A DNA stretch of 64,000 nucleotides, from NCBI GenBank assembly GCA_043228905.1, contig JBHGNT010000004.1, positions 21,948,001 through 22,012,000 of the forward strand, read 5' to 3'. The translations under genes and the position numbers were made by a program. This stretch comes from Azolla caroliniana (Eukaryota > Plantae > Polypodiophyta). Numbering within the stretch: the first letter of the stretch is position 1; every line of letters begins with the position of its first letter. The notes under the pieces were generated by a model. The model worked only from the letters and a program-made list of their open reading frames with translations. It did not search any database and was not told where the DNA came from. Of the stretch, positions 63,951 through 64,000 are shown piece after piece.

Positions 63951-64000
63951 ATGGTTTTAAGGCATCTTCCTACTGGTAAGAGCCCCGGTTGGGATGGCTT

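Larger units (their letters stand above)
55093..64000 (+). mobile_element. Heavily decayed L1-type LINE (ORF1 + 5' ORF2), interrupted at 58149-63950 and running off the window
   Basis: ORF1 remnants (FFIGKLP, GFYDVVF, PIWV, CFGCGEWG). ORF2 start MKVVTWNVRG lies in an 89-bp duplication (56577/56666); LLDRMYV and TSGHF follow. Removing the LTR insertions joins LIEDEVDT|VLRHLPTGKSPGWDG. Confidence 0.85.

Overview
Eukaryotic nuclear DNA from a land plant, probably a seed-free lineage (inferred from the retroelement types and spliced genes). It holds two intact multi-exon genes: a very Q-rich 'dentin sialophosphoprotein-like'/SYS-type SWI/SNF-subunit homolog (25964-34552, +) and a mitochondrial-carrier NAD+ transporter (NDT; 43832-50485, +). 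Nested retrotransposons flank them. The left 19 kb is one apparently full-length L1-type LINE (1498-18966, 17-bp TSD, A-rich tail). Its ~4-kb 3' region carries a mosaic of captured host-gene pieces: intronless starch-branching enzyme, scrambled intronless Rab-GDI, one NAT10 exon with intron-like flanks, and a probable GRF zinc-finger scrap. A Ty3/gypsy element (tRNA-Trp PBS, 650-bp LTRs) interrupts its ORF1 and itself carries an inverted solo LTR. At the right end a decayed LINE is hit twice at the same 4 bp, by a Gag-only element and by a solo LTR. All four insertions of this TGTCG...CGACA LTR group duplicate a 4-bp site with a central CpG. The autonomous copy has a GGAUUUUUAG candidate -1 frameshift site between protease and RT. 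All homology calls are by recognition from memory; no searches were run.
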